NCBI GenBank assembly: GCA_965219085.1
Contig: OZ244720.1
Location: 2,144,001 to 2,208,000, forward strand
DNA length: 64,000 nucleotides
DNA from: Dehalococcoidia bacterium
GTDB taxonomy: Bacteria > Chloroflexota > Dehalococcoidia > UBA2979
Reading direction: 5' to 3'
Shown: one piece after another, positions 56,101-64,000 of the stretch
Layout of the letters: each line of letters starts with the position of its first letter
Position numbering within the stretch: position 1 is the first letter of the stretch
Notes under the pieces: generated by a model
What the model saw: the letters and a program-made list of their open reading frames with translations, nothing else
Told to the model about the DNA's origin: nothing
The model's database searches: none
Program-made: the position numbers and the translations under genes

Positions 56101-56535
56101 GTGGTCGAGCAGCGTCGCCTCAACGTCTTTTTCGACGTCGACTACACGCTGATCATGGCCGACGGGCGGCTGCGCAATCACACCGAGGAGGTGTTCCAGC
56201 GCCTCAAGGATGCCGGCCACTCCATCTACATCTGGTCCGGTGTTGGCATTCGCCGCTTCGACATGCGCCTCCACGGCCTCGACGGCTACGTCGACGACTA
56301 CTTCGTGAAGCCGCTCTACCGCTACCGCGAACGGCTCGATGAGATGGACGTCACGGTCGTCCCGGACTACGTGATCGACGACCACCCGCAGGTCGTGCGC
56401 GCCTTTGACGCCGGCTACCACATCCCCGACATCGCCCGCCGCGACGACCGCGAGCTGCTCAACGTGCTCGAGGAGATCGAGGCGCTCGCCGACGGCCGCG
56501 CGGCCGGCGGCGACGGGGCGAGCGAGGACGCATAG
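56101..56535 (+). CDS. Small HAD-superfamily-like protein (start uncertain, 56044 or 56101)
   Basis: FFDVDYTL (DxD), IWSG, K, VIDD motifs. Confidence 0.7.
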   Translation: MVEQRRLNVFFDVDYTLIMADGRLRNHTEEVFQRLKDAGHSIYIWSGVGIRRFDMRLHGLDGYVDDYFVKPLYRYRERLDEMDVTVVPDYVIDDHPQVVRAFDAGYHIPDIARRDDRELLNVLEEIEALADGRAAGGDGASEDA

Positions 56536-56545
56536 CGAGGCCGCC

Positions 56546-56962
56546 GTGGAACTCACCGACGAACAGTGCGCGTACCTCGACCGCAACCTCCTCGCCATCC
56601 TCGCCACGTCGAGGCGCGACGGGACGCCGCAGGTGTCGACCGTCCACTACTCGGTGCAGGACGACGGCATCTACGTCGGCGTTGGGCGCGGTAGCGCGAA
56701 GTGGTTCAACGCCGGGCGGCAGCCGCGCGTCGCGCTGCTCGTCAACGAGGGCCGCGCGCAGGTCGTCATCTACGGCGCCGCCGAGCAGGTCGGCGACGAC
56801 CCGGAGCGTGTCGACCGCTACCGCGCGCACCGCACGCAGACGCACGGCAAGGGCGGCGAACTCGGCCTGCCGCCCGAAGGCGACGCCTTCCGCGAGCTGC
56901 TCGACGCGGGCAACCGCGCGCTGCTGCGCATCACCCCGGACCGCGTGCTCAAGAACGACTAG
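56546..56962 (+). CDS. PPOX-class (F420/FMN split barrel) protein
   Basis: LATSRRDGTPQVS, KWFN..RQPRVAL. Confidence 0.82.
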   Translation: MELTDEQCAYLDRNLLAILATSRRDGTPQVSTVHYSVQDDGIYVGVGRGSAKWFNAGRQPRVALLVNEGRAQVVIYGAAEQVGDDPERVDRYRAHRTQTHGKGGELGLPPEGDAFRELLDAGNRALLRITPDRVLKND

Positions 56963-56991
56963 CCCGCGAGGTATCGAGCACGCCTCGGCCG

Positions 56992-57792
56992 CTACGCCTC
57001 CGGCGCGGGACGCGCGCCGCCCTGGCCACCCGCCTCCGTCATCTGCACGTGCGCTTGCACGAGCGCCGCGATGCGGCCCCGCTCCAGGCTCGCCGTCGCT
57101 CGTAGCGGCTCGGCGTCCGCGGCCTGCGCGCCCGTGGCGAGCATCGGCAGGGCGATGCCCGTTCGTGAGTCGTCACCGAGCCGCAGCAGCGGCTCGGCGA
57201 TCGTCCAGCCCGAGCACCCCGAGTGCCGCGAGGGTTCGCGCGACACGCGTGCTGCCCAGTCGAGCGCTCGCTCGAGCACGTCGTAGTGCGAGAACAGGCG
57301 GTAGTCCGGGTCCCACCAATCGCGCTCGAAGCAGCCTGGTGACCAGTCGATGGGCAATGGCCGGTCGTCGTCCGCGAGCGGGTCGAGCGCGACGAGCCAG
57401 AGCGAGGCGCCGAGGGCGAGCGGCGTCGTGTGGTAGTTGTCGCCGCCCTCGGTGGTCCACGTCAGGGCGTGCGTCGTGGCCATCGCCTGCGAGACGCGCG
57501 CGTCGACGCCGAGCCCTGCGGCCATCAGCGTGCGCGTGACGATGATGTGCCCGATCAGCCGCGCCTCCTCGTCTGAGGCGGTGACCTCGCCGGTGGGGAG
57601 GGTCAGCGACGCCTCGCCATCCCGCGGGAAGCACGCGAAGGTCGAGGTGATGCCGCAGCCGTGACCGAGCGCGCCCGGCTGCCCGAAGGCATCGAGGAGC
57701 GCGTCGAGCTCGTTGGGGTCGTCGACGGCGCCGCGGTCGCGGGCGGCCGGCCAGAGCCTGAGGGCGATATCGAGGACTGGACTGTCTGACAC
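56992..57792 (-). CDS. Hypothetical protein
   Basis: 267-codon ORF with host-like codon usage; TAGCGT -10-like box 7 nt before the GTG. Confidence 0.65.
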   Translation of the reverse strand: MSDSPVLDIALRLWPAARDRGAVDDPNELDALLDAFGQPGALGHGCGITSTFACFPRDGEASLTLPTGEVTASDEEARLIGHIIVTRTLMAAGLGVDARVSQAMATTHALTWTTEGGDNYHTTPLALGASLWLVALDPLADDDRPLPIDWSPGCFERDWWDPDYRLFSHYDVLERALDWAARVSREPSRHSGCSGWTIAEPLLRLGDDSRTGIALPMLATGAQAADAEPLRATASLERGRIAALVQAHVQMTEAGGQGGARPAPEA

Positions 57793-58036
57793 CCTCGCGA
57801 CGCTACGAACGGCCCCCGGCAGTGTCAACGTGGCAGTGACTCCAGGGGAGCTCGACGATCTCGCATTCCGGCACACGCGAGCGTTGTTGGGCAGGCGGTC
57901 GAGATCAACGGCGGCAGCCACGGGCGGTTGACGGGCGACACGCCTTGCTCGCGTTCGACTCGCTAACCGCGACACTGTAGCGTCCACCCCTGCGGTCGAC
58001 TAGAACAGTCGCCGCTGTGGCAGGGCCGGGAGTTAC

Positions 58037-60040
58037 GTGATGCGCGCACGTCTGGCGGTCCTGGTGGTCGCGGGGTTGATCGCGGTCCTGGGCGTGACGG
58101 CCATCACCGCCTCCGGTGCGGGCCACGAGACCGAGGTGCGCGTCACCGCGCAGCGCCTCGCCGACGGCCGGACCGAGTTCGCGCTGCAGCAGCGCGAGGC
58201 GGACGGGGAGTGGGGTGAGCGGCTGCTGACGCGGGCACGGTTCTTCCCCGCCACGGCCACGGTCGGGCGCTGGCTGTCGAGCACGCCGCTCACGGTGCGC
58301 GCGCCGGGCGCCGGCGACGATGCCGAAGGCGCCGAGGTGCGCATCACGGCGCAACGCCTCGCCGACGATCGCATCGAGTTCGCGCTGCAAGAGCGCGAGG
58401 CGGACGGGGAGTGGGGTGAGCGGCTGCTGACGCGGGCGCGGTTCTTCCCCGCCACGGTCACGGTCGGGCGCTGGCTGTCGAGCACGCCGTTGACGGTGAG
58501 TCTGCCGGAGCCAGCGGCATCGCCGGACACGGCCGAAGACGGGGGGAGCGTGGCGTCGGACCGGGCGGCGCTGGTCGCGCTCTACAACGCCACGGAAGGC
58601 GCAAGCTGGTGGACCAGCACGAACTGGCTGAGTGACAGGCCCCTCGATGAGTGGCACGGCGTCACCACGAACAGCGACGGCCGTGTCGCTGGGCTGGACC
58701 TCTCGCTCAACCTGTTGACGGGGCCGATCCCGGCCGAGTTGGGTGGCCTTAGCAAGCTCGTATCGCTGTACCTCGACAACAACGAGTTGACGGGGCCGAT
58801 CCCGGCCTGGCTGGGCGACCTCACCAATCTGCAAGTGCTGTGGCTGTCCGGCAACGAGCTGACAGGGTGCGTGCCCTTCGGTTTGCAAGATGCATGGCCG
58901 AATGCCCTTTTGGCACTCGACCTGCCTGACTGCGGCGAGGACCGGGCGGCGCTAGTCGCGTTCTACGAGGCCACAGACGGCACAAACTGGACCCACGACT
59001 GGAACTGGCTGAGCGACAGGCCCCTCGATGAGTGGCACGGCGTCACCACGAACAGCGACGGCCGTGTCGCTGAGTTGTGGCTGTTGAGCAACGAGTTGAC
59101 AGGTCCGATCCCGGCCGCGCTGGGCGACCTCACCAACCTGGAGTTGCTGGATCTCTGGGGCAACGAGTTGACGGGGCCGATCCCGGCCGAGTTGGGTGAT
59201 CTCTCCAACCTGCACACGCTGTCCCTCGCGTTCAACGAGTTGACGGGGCCGATCCCGGCCGAGCTGGGCGACCTGAGCAATCTGGAACGGCTGGACCTCC
59301 GGTTCAACGAGTTGACGGGTCCGATCCCGGCCGCGCTGGGCGACCTCACCAACCTGGAACGGCTGATCCTCTGGGACAACCGGTTGACGGGGCCGATCCC
59401 GGCTGAGCTGGGCGACCTCTTCAACCTGGAGGCACTGGTCCTCCGGTCCAACGAGTTGACGGGGCCGATCCCGGCCGAGCTGGGTGACCTCACCAACCTG
59501 GAATCGCTGGACCTCCAGTCCAACCAGTTGACGGGGCCGATCCCGGCCGAGTTGCGTGGCCTCAGCAACCTGGTACGGCTGTACCTCGAGAACAACGAGT
59601 TGACGGGGCCGATCCCGGCCGAGCTTGGCGACCTCGCCAACCTGGCAAGGCTGGACCTCTCAGGCAACCAGTTGACGGGGCCGATCCCGGCCGAGCTGGG
59701 TAACCTCACCAACCTGATTCGGCTGATCCTCGGGTTGAACGAGTTGACGGGGCTGATTCCGGCCTGGCTGGGCGACCTCACCAACCTGACTCGGCTGAGC
59801 CTCTCGGGCAACGGCTTGAGGGGGCCGATCCCCGCCGAGCTTGGTGGCCTTACGAACCTGTCTTGGCTGTCCCTCAGCGACAACCAGTTGACGGGGCCGG
59901 TCCCGGCCGAGCTGGGCGCCCTCACCGACCTGCAAGCGCTGTGGCTGTCGGGCAACGAGTTGACAGGGTGTGTGCCCGTCGGCTTGCGGGATGTAGCGTC
60001 GAACGATCTCGGGGCCCTCGACCTGCCCGACTGCGGCTAG
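58037..60040 (+). CDS. Secreted plant-type leucine-rich-repeat protein
   Basis: Signal peptide, duplicated ~65-aa N-domain, two capped LRR blocks (3 and 13 repeats of 24 aa, LxLxxNxLTGPIPAELGxLxNL). Confidence 0.93.
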   Translation: MMRARLAVLVVAGLIAVLGVTAITASGAGHETEVRVTAQRLADGRTEFALQQREADGEWGERLLTRARFFPATATVGRWLSSTPLTVRAPGAGDDAEGAEVRITAQRLADDRIEFALQEREADGEWGERLLTRARFFPATVTVGRWLSSTPLTVSLPEPAASPDTAEDGGSVASDRAALVALYNATEGASWWTSTNWLSDRPLDEWHGVTTNSDGRVAGLDLSLNLLTGPIPAELGGLSKLVSLYLDNNELTGPIPAWLGDLTNLQVLWLSGNELTGCVPFGLQDAWPNALLALDLPDCGEDRAALVAFYEATDGTNWTHDWNWLSDRPLDEWHGVTTNSDGRVAELWLLSNELTGPIPAALGDLTNLELLDLWGNELTGPIPAELGDLSNLHTLSLAFNELTGPIPAELGDLSNLERLDLRFNELTGPIPAALGDLTNLERLILWDNRLTGPIPAELGDLFNLEALVLRSNELTGPIPAELGDLTNLESLDLQSNQLTGPIPAELRGLSNLVRLYLENNELTGPIPAELGDLANLARLDLSGNQLTGPIPAELGNLTNLIRLILGLNELTGLIPAWLGDLTNLTRLSLSGNGLRGPIPAELGGLTNLSWLSLSDNQLTGPVPAELGALTDLQALWLSGNELTGCVPVGLRDVASNDLGALDLPDCG

Positions 60041-60230
60041 ACCGTATGAGCCCGTCTCAGCAGGCCACCGGGGAGTGCCGGTGAATGCGCTGCCCGGTCT
60101 GAACGGAGGGCATTGAGGCCGGGCGGAAGGGTGCAGGCCGAGGGGCAGAGACAGTAGCTGGGTACACCCCCTCTTGATGCACTATGCGCGGCCCGTGGCC
60201 CGGTCGCCCACCGCCGCCTACGATCGCCGC

Positions 60231-61100
60231 ATGCGCCAGGTCTCGAGGATCGCCGCCGGCTGGTCGTCGCGAAGAGCCCTCGCGAGGGTTGTCGTGTTCG
60301 CGCTGTTGGCGGCTGCGTGTGGTGGGGGCTCCTCCGATTCCGGCGATGTCGTCATCGAGCTCATCACGCCGACCGCCACACCGTCCGCCCTGCCAACCGT
60401 GCCAGTCAGCGAAACGGCGGCGGTCGTGCCCTCCGCCGCGGCGACCGTCACCCCGACGGCGACGCCCACCTCTCAGCCGACCACCACCCCGACCCCGGTC
60501 GTCGTCGAGGTCACCGCGCCCGCGTCGCCGACGCCGGTGGCAACGGCGATGGCGACCGACACCGCAGTCGCGACGCCGACGCCCGCTCCCACGCCCACCG
60601 CGACCGCACCGCCGCCGCCCGTTCCCGCCCCGGCCCCCACTCCGACGCCGACTCCGCCCCCAACACCCACACCACCCCCGGTCGAGCCGACGGCGACGAC
60701 CGGCGCCCTCGCGGTCGAGGAACTGCCGGTGATCGAGTTCGTGCGCGCCGACGGGTCCGTGGTGGCGTTGCCGGTGGAGGCGCCGCCGCTCTCCGAGTAC
60801 GGCATCGGGCTGTCGGGCCGCTACGAGCTCGGCGAGCGCGGCATGCTGTTCTACTACGCGAACGACGACCGCTCGCGCCCGTTCTGGATGCGCAACACGC
60901 ACATCGACCTCGATATCGCCTTCGCCACGTCGGACTTCGTGATCATCGCGATCCTTCGCATGACGGCGGATACCGAGAACCTCCACCGGCCTGACCGCGG
61001 CTACATGTACGCTGTCGAAGCCGCTGCCGGCTGGTACGCCGAGCACGGCATCGCAGCCGGAGACACCATGCGGCTGACGTTCGAGTTGCCCGAGGAGTGA
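60231..61100 (+). CDS. DUF192-domain lipoprotein with long Pro/Thr linker
   Basis: LAAAC lipobox; GMLF, FWMRNTHIDLDIAF, AVE..AGW. Confidence 0.85.
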   Translation: MRQVSRIAAGWSSRRALARVVVFALLAAACGGGSSDSGDVVIELITPTATPSALPTVPVSETAAVVPSAAATVTPTATPTSQPTTTPTPVVVEVTAPASPTPVATAMATDTAVATPTPAPTPTATAPPPPVPAPAPTPTPTPPPTPTPPPVEPTATTGALAVEELPVIEFVRADGSVVALPVEAPPLSEYGIGLSGRYELGERGMLFYYANDDRSRPFWMRNTHIDLDIAFATSDFVIIAILRMTADTENLHRPDRGYMYAVEAAAGWYAEHGIAAGDTMRLTFELPEE

Positions 61101-61168
61101 GCGGCGTTCATCGTGCCTGCAACGGGGCGTCGTATACTGCCGTCCGCGCATCAGGATGAGGAGCAGCG

Positions 61169-61837
61169 ATGACCGGCGATCTGACCTTCGACCACAACGG
61201 CCAGCACGTGGAGGGCTACCTGTCCGAACCCGAGGGCACACCGCGCGCGGGCGTGGTCGTGATCCAGGAGTGGTGGGGCCTCAACGATGACATCAAGGGC
61301 ATCGCGGACCGCTTCGCCGCCCAGGGCTACCTCGCGTTCGCGCCCGACCTCTACGACGGCGTGGTCTCGACCGAGCCCGACGAGGCGCTGAAGCTGGCGA
61401 TGGCGCTGGAGCAGGACATCGCGAGCCAGCTCGTCGACGCCGCCCTGAACTGGCTCAAGGCCGAGCACGGCGTCGAGAAGACGGGCTGCATCGGGTTCTG
61501 CATGGGCGGCGGCCTGACACTCGCCGCGGCGATGCGCCCGACGTCGAACGTGGACGCGGTGCACGTCTTCTACGGCGGCGGGATGCCCTCGGTGGAGGAG
61601 CTCTCGACGATCACGGCCCCCGTCATGGGGTCGTACGGCGCGGAGGACGAGAGCATTCCGGCCGCCGACGTCGACATGCTGCGCAGCACCCTTGAGGGCC
61701 GCGGCCTGGCGACGGACGTGAAGCTCTACGACGGCGCGGGCCACTCGTTCTTCAACGCGGGCGAGGCGCACCACGCCTCCTCGGCGGCGGACGCCTGGGA
61801 GCGCACGCTCCAGTGGTTCGGCGAGCACCTGGGGTAG
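61169..61837 (+). CDS. Dienelactone hydrolase family protein
   Basis: IQEWWGL, APDLY, GFCMGG, AGHSFFN. Confidence 0.92.
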   Translation: MTGDLTFDHNGQHVEGYLSEPEGTPRAGVVVIQEWWGLNDDIKGIADRFAAQGYLAFAPDLYDGVVSTEPDEALKLAMALEQDIASQLVDAALNWLKAEHGVEKTGCIGFCMGGGLTLAAAMRPTSNVDAVHVFYGGGMPSVEELSTITAPVMGSYGAEDESIPAADVDMLRSTLEGRGLATDVKLYDGAGHSFFNAGEAHHASSAADAWERTLQWFGEHLG

Positions 61838-61872
61838 CGCGGGCCTGAACGCCGCCGGCGGGGCGTCGTAGC

Positions 61873-61924
61873 ACGGCGTCCCGCTAGTACCACTCGCGCT
61901 CGATCACCGTCGAGGCGTGGCGTG
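61873..61924 (-). repeat. Displaced copy of the GAF gene 3' end (copy of 62910-62961)
   Basis: 52 bp with 2 mismatches, both synonymous; RHASTVIEREWY* plus downstream bases. Confidence 0.92.
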
Positions 61925-61993
61925 TGCCCACGCGCCACACGTCCCGTGCTTATTACAAATGAGAACTAGCCATAGCAGTATGGCCGAGGTAGT

Positions 61994-62305
61994 GTGCGGG
62001 TGGCAGATGGTCGCGTTGGACGGAAGCAGGTCACGACGCGCACGAAGGCAACATTCCGGCTGCGGGGCCGAGTCACGCCCGGGATGTTCTCGCACGAGCG
62101 CGTGTTCAGCGTCGAAGGCGCCGACGGGCAGACGATCTACATGATCGTCCCTGACGCCGACATCGAGGAACGGGATGGAGAGCCAACGACACAGGTCGTG
62201 GTTGTGGGGCGCTCCGGGGAGTTCTCACTCGTGAGTGTCCCAGGCGAACCAGTGGAGACGGGCCAGACGGTGTGGGTGCCCGAGCGGGATCTCATCCCCG
62301 CGTGA
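61994..62305 (+). CDS. Hypothetical protein overlapping the dcd start (start uncertain)
   Basis: VTPGMFSHER...VSVPGEP; its stop overlaps the GTG of the dcd pseudogene. Confidence 0.6.
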   Translation: MRVADGRVGRKQVTTRTKATFRLRGRVTPGMFSHERVFSVEGADGQTIYMIVPDADIEERDGEPTTQVVVVGRSGEFSLVSVPGEPVETGQTVWVPERDLIPA

Positions 62306-62910
62306 TTCTGAGCAACAACGCGATCTTCGCCGCGCTCGACGGCCGCCTCATCATGTAACCGGAGCCCGAACCCCGGTCGGACGTGGGGTCGCCGTTCGGC
62401 ACGTCGGCTATCGATCTGCGCCTCGGGCCCGTGATCGCGAGGCCGAGGGGCGCACCCCACGCCGTGGTAGACCTTGGGCGGTCAGGGAAGCGTTACCGAC
62501 ACACTCGCTGCCTTCACCGACGAGTTCGAGATCGGCGACGGCGGCTACGTGCTGGAGCCTGGGCCTGAGAACCTCGTGCTTGGTCACACCCTGGAAACGG
62601 TGCGACTGCCGCTGCCCGAGCATCTGGATGAGCGCGCGGAGGGGAAGCCGGTGCTCGCCGCCCGTGTCGAGGGGAAGAGCGCGCGCGCTTCGGCCTGCTG
62701 GTGCACTTCACTGCGCCGACCATCCATGCTGGTTGGGCAGGGCGTCACGATCGAGATGATGTGCCTCGGACGGTATCCGCTGCGGCTCTACTCGGGCCTC
62801 CCGATCTGCCAGTTGATCCTCGAGGAAGTCCGGGGGCGGCCCACGGCTGCCGCAAGCCAATTCCAGGGTCCCAATTCCAGGGTCAGAGTCGACCCACCGG
62901 CGCCTCGTGA
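62302..62910 (+). pseudogene. dcd: dCTP deaminase (trimeric dUTPase fold), disrupted
   Basis: MILSN, SAIDLRL, VLGHTLE, ARVEGKS, VHFTAPTIHAG, ICQLI, SQFQGQ across frames; early TAA and several frameshifts. Confidence 0.85.
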
Positions 62911-62920
62911 CGGCGTCCCG

Positions 62921-63445
62921 CTAGTACCACTCTCGCTCGATCACCGTCGACGCGTGGCGTGCGAGGGTGATGAGGATCCGTTCGTCGTTGTCGCCGAACG
63001 GCTTGCCGTCCTCGCGGTCGGTGACGTAGAGCGAGCCGCGGACGTGTCCCGCGCTCCAGATCGGCACGCCGATCAGCGCCCGCATCTCCGGGTGGTGCGG
63101 CGGGAAGCCGAACGCGCGCGGCGCGGTCTGGACGTTGTCGAAGCGCACAGGACGCCCGTCGGCGCGCAGCGAGCTGAGCGGGCCGTGGGCCTGGGGCGGC
63201 GTCCTGAGCCCCCGCAGGTCCTCCTTCGACAGCCCCGAGGTGACGAAGCCCTGGGTCATGTCGTGCTCGTCGGTGACGGCGAGGGCGCCGTACTTCGCGT
63301 GCGTCATCTGGCGCGCGAGGTCGACCACGAGCTGCAGCGACTCATCGGGGCGGCGGCGTTCCGGGAGCCGCCGCACGCCGCGCGCGAGGGCGCGCAGGGC
63401 TCGCCGTTCCGGGTCGCGTCGCAGTAGCCGGTCGGTCAGCTTCAT
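62921..63445 (-). CDS. Stand-alone GAF-domain protein
   Basis: AKYGALAV, FVTSGL, GFPPHHPEMR.LIGVPI, LYVTDR..F...DE. Confidence 0.85.
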   Translation of the reverse strand: MKLTDRLLRRDPERRALRALARGVRRLPERRRPDESLQLVVDLARQMTHAKYGALAVTDEHDMTQGFVTSGLSKEDLRGLRTPPQAHGPLSSLRADGRPVRFDNVQTAPRAFGFPPHHPEMRALIGVPIWSAGHVRGSLYVTDREDGKPFGDNDERILITLARHASTVIEREWY

Positions 63446-63509
63446 GGCGCCTCGGCGGCAGCGTACCGCGCGCTCGTGGTGGCGTGCCAGCGCGACGGCA
63501 CCGGCGCGC

Positions 63510-64000
63510 TCACCGCTCGTAGTAACGCAAGGTCGCGGGATCGACTGCGATCGCAACGCGGTCCCCGGGCGCGGGCGGCTCGGTCGGGTCGTCCCAGCGT
63601 ACGTCGACATAACGCGTCTCAGGGCCTGTGCCGAGAGCTACCTCAAGGACGCGCAGGGGCCCGTCCGGCCGCGCGCCCACAACGGCGCCGTGCGCACCCG
63701 AATCCCGGCCGTCACCCGGCGGCACGGCCGCTATTGCTGCGGGATGCGCCATGACGAGCACCGGCCCGTCGCCGGGCTCGGGCACGGCGATCGAGCCGAC
63801 ACCGTCCTCGGTGGCGCGGCCATCCGCCGCTTCGCCGTCGACGAGTCGCACCCAACCGACCATCGAGGCGACCTCGGGGCTCGCCGGCTCGGCCAGCACG
63901 GTGTGCAGCGGTGCGGCCTGCAGGACGCGGCCGGCGTCCATCACGATCAGGTCGTCGGCCAGCGCCTGCGCGTCGCGCAGGTCGTGGCTGACCAGCAGGG
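63510..64000 (-). CDS. ABC transporter ATP-binding protein, C-terminal part with TOBE-like domain; runs off the window
   Basis: LLVSHDLRDAQALADDLIVMDAGRV (H-loop). Confidence 0.8.
   Translation of the reverse strand, partial: LLVSHDLRDAQALADDLIVMDAGRVLQAAPLHTVLAEPASPEVASMVGWVRLVDGEAADGRATEDGVGSIAVPEPGDGPVLVMAHPAAIAAVPPGDGRDSGAHGAVVGARPDGPLRVLEVALGTGPETRYVDVRWDDPTEPPAPGDRVAIAVDPATLRYYER

Noticed and set aside
58037-60040. Diversity-generating retroelement target
   Set aside because: No reverse transcriptase or template repeat in the window, and the variation is not adenine-specific

Overview
Very GC-rich bacterial chromosome segment, probably Chloroflexota (Dehalococcoidia-like) and possibly host- or sponge-associated; this is inferred from gene content and plant-type LRR proteins. 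The backbone carries nadA-thioesterase-nadB-nadC with an NrtR regulator and operator, miaB, two tRNA-Ser genes, sucCD, trxB, hpt, an adenine/adenosine deaminase, hsp20/dnaJ-hspR-clpC with a HAIR operator, DsbA-VKOR, argC, clpS and many small enzymes. Small accessory inserts are scattered through it: five toxin-antitoxin pairs, an intact IS5-family element plus a remnant, a DNA methylase-nuclease fusion, a NYN nuclease, LRR and repeat lipoproteins, and several pseudogenes. The most notable pattern recurs four times (nrtR, DUF885 gene, redoxin gene, GAF gene). A 0.4-1 kb integrase-free cassette sits right after a host gene's stop codon and is followed by a second, mostly synonymously diverged copy of that gene's 3' coding sequence. 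This suggests cassette acquisition by gene-tail replacement, with cassettes stacking in two cases. Tandem and dispersed repeats sharing a TACCCCG core are a second unexplained pattern. All calls are from reading the sequence; no searches were run.
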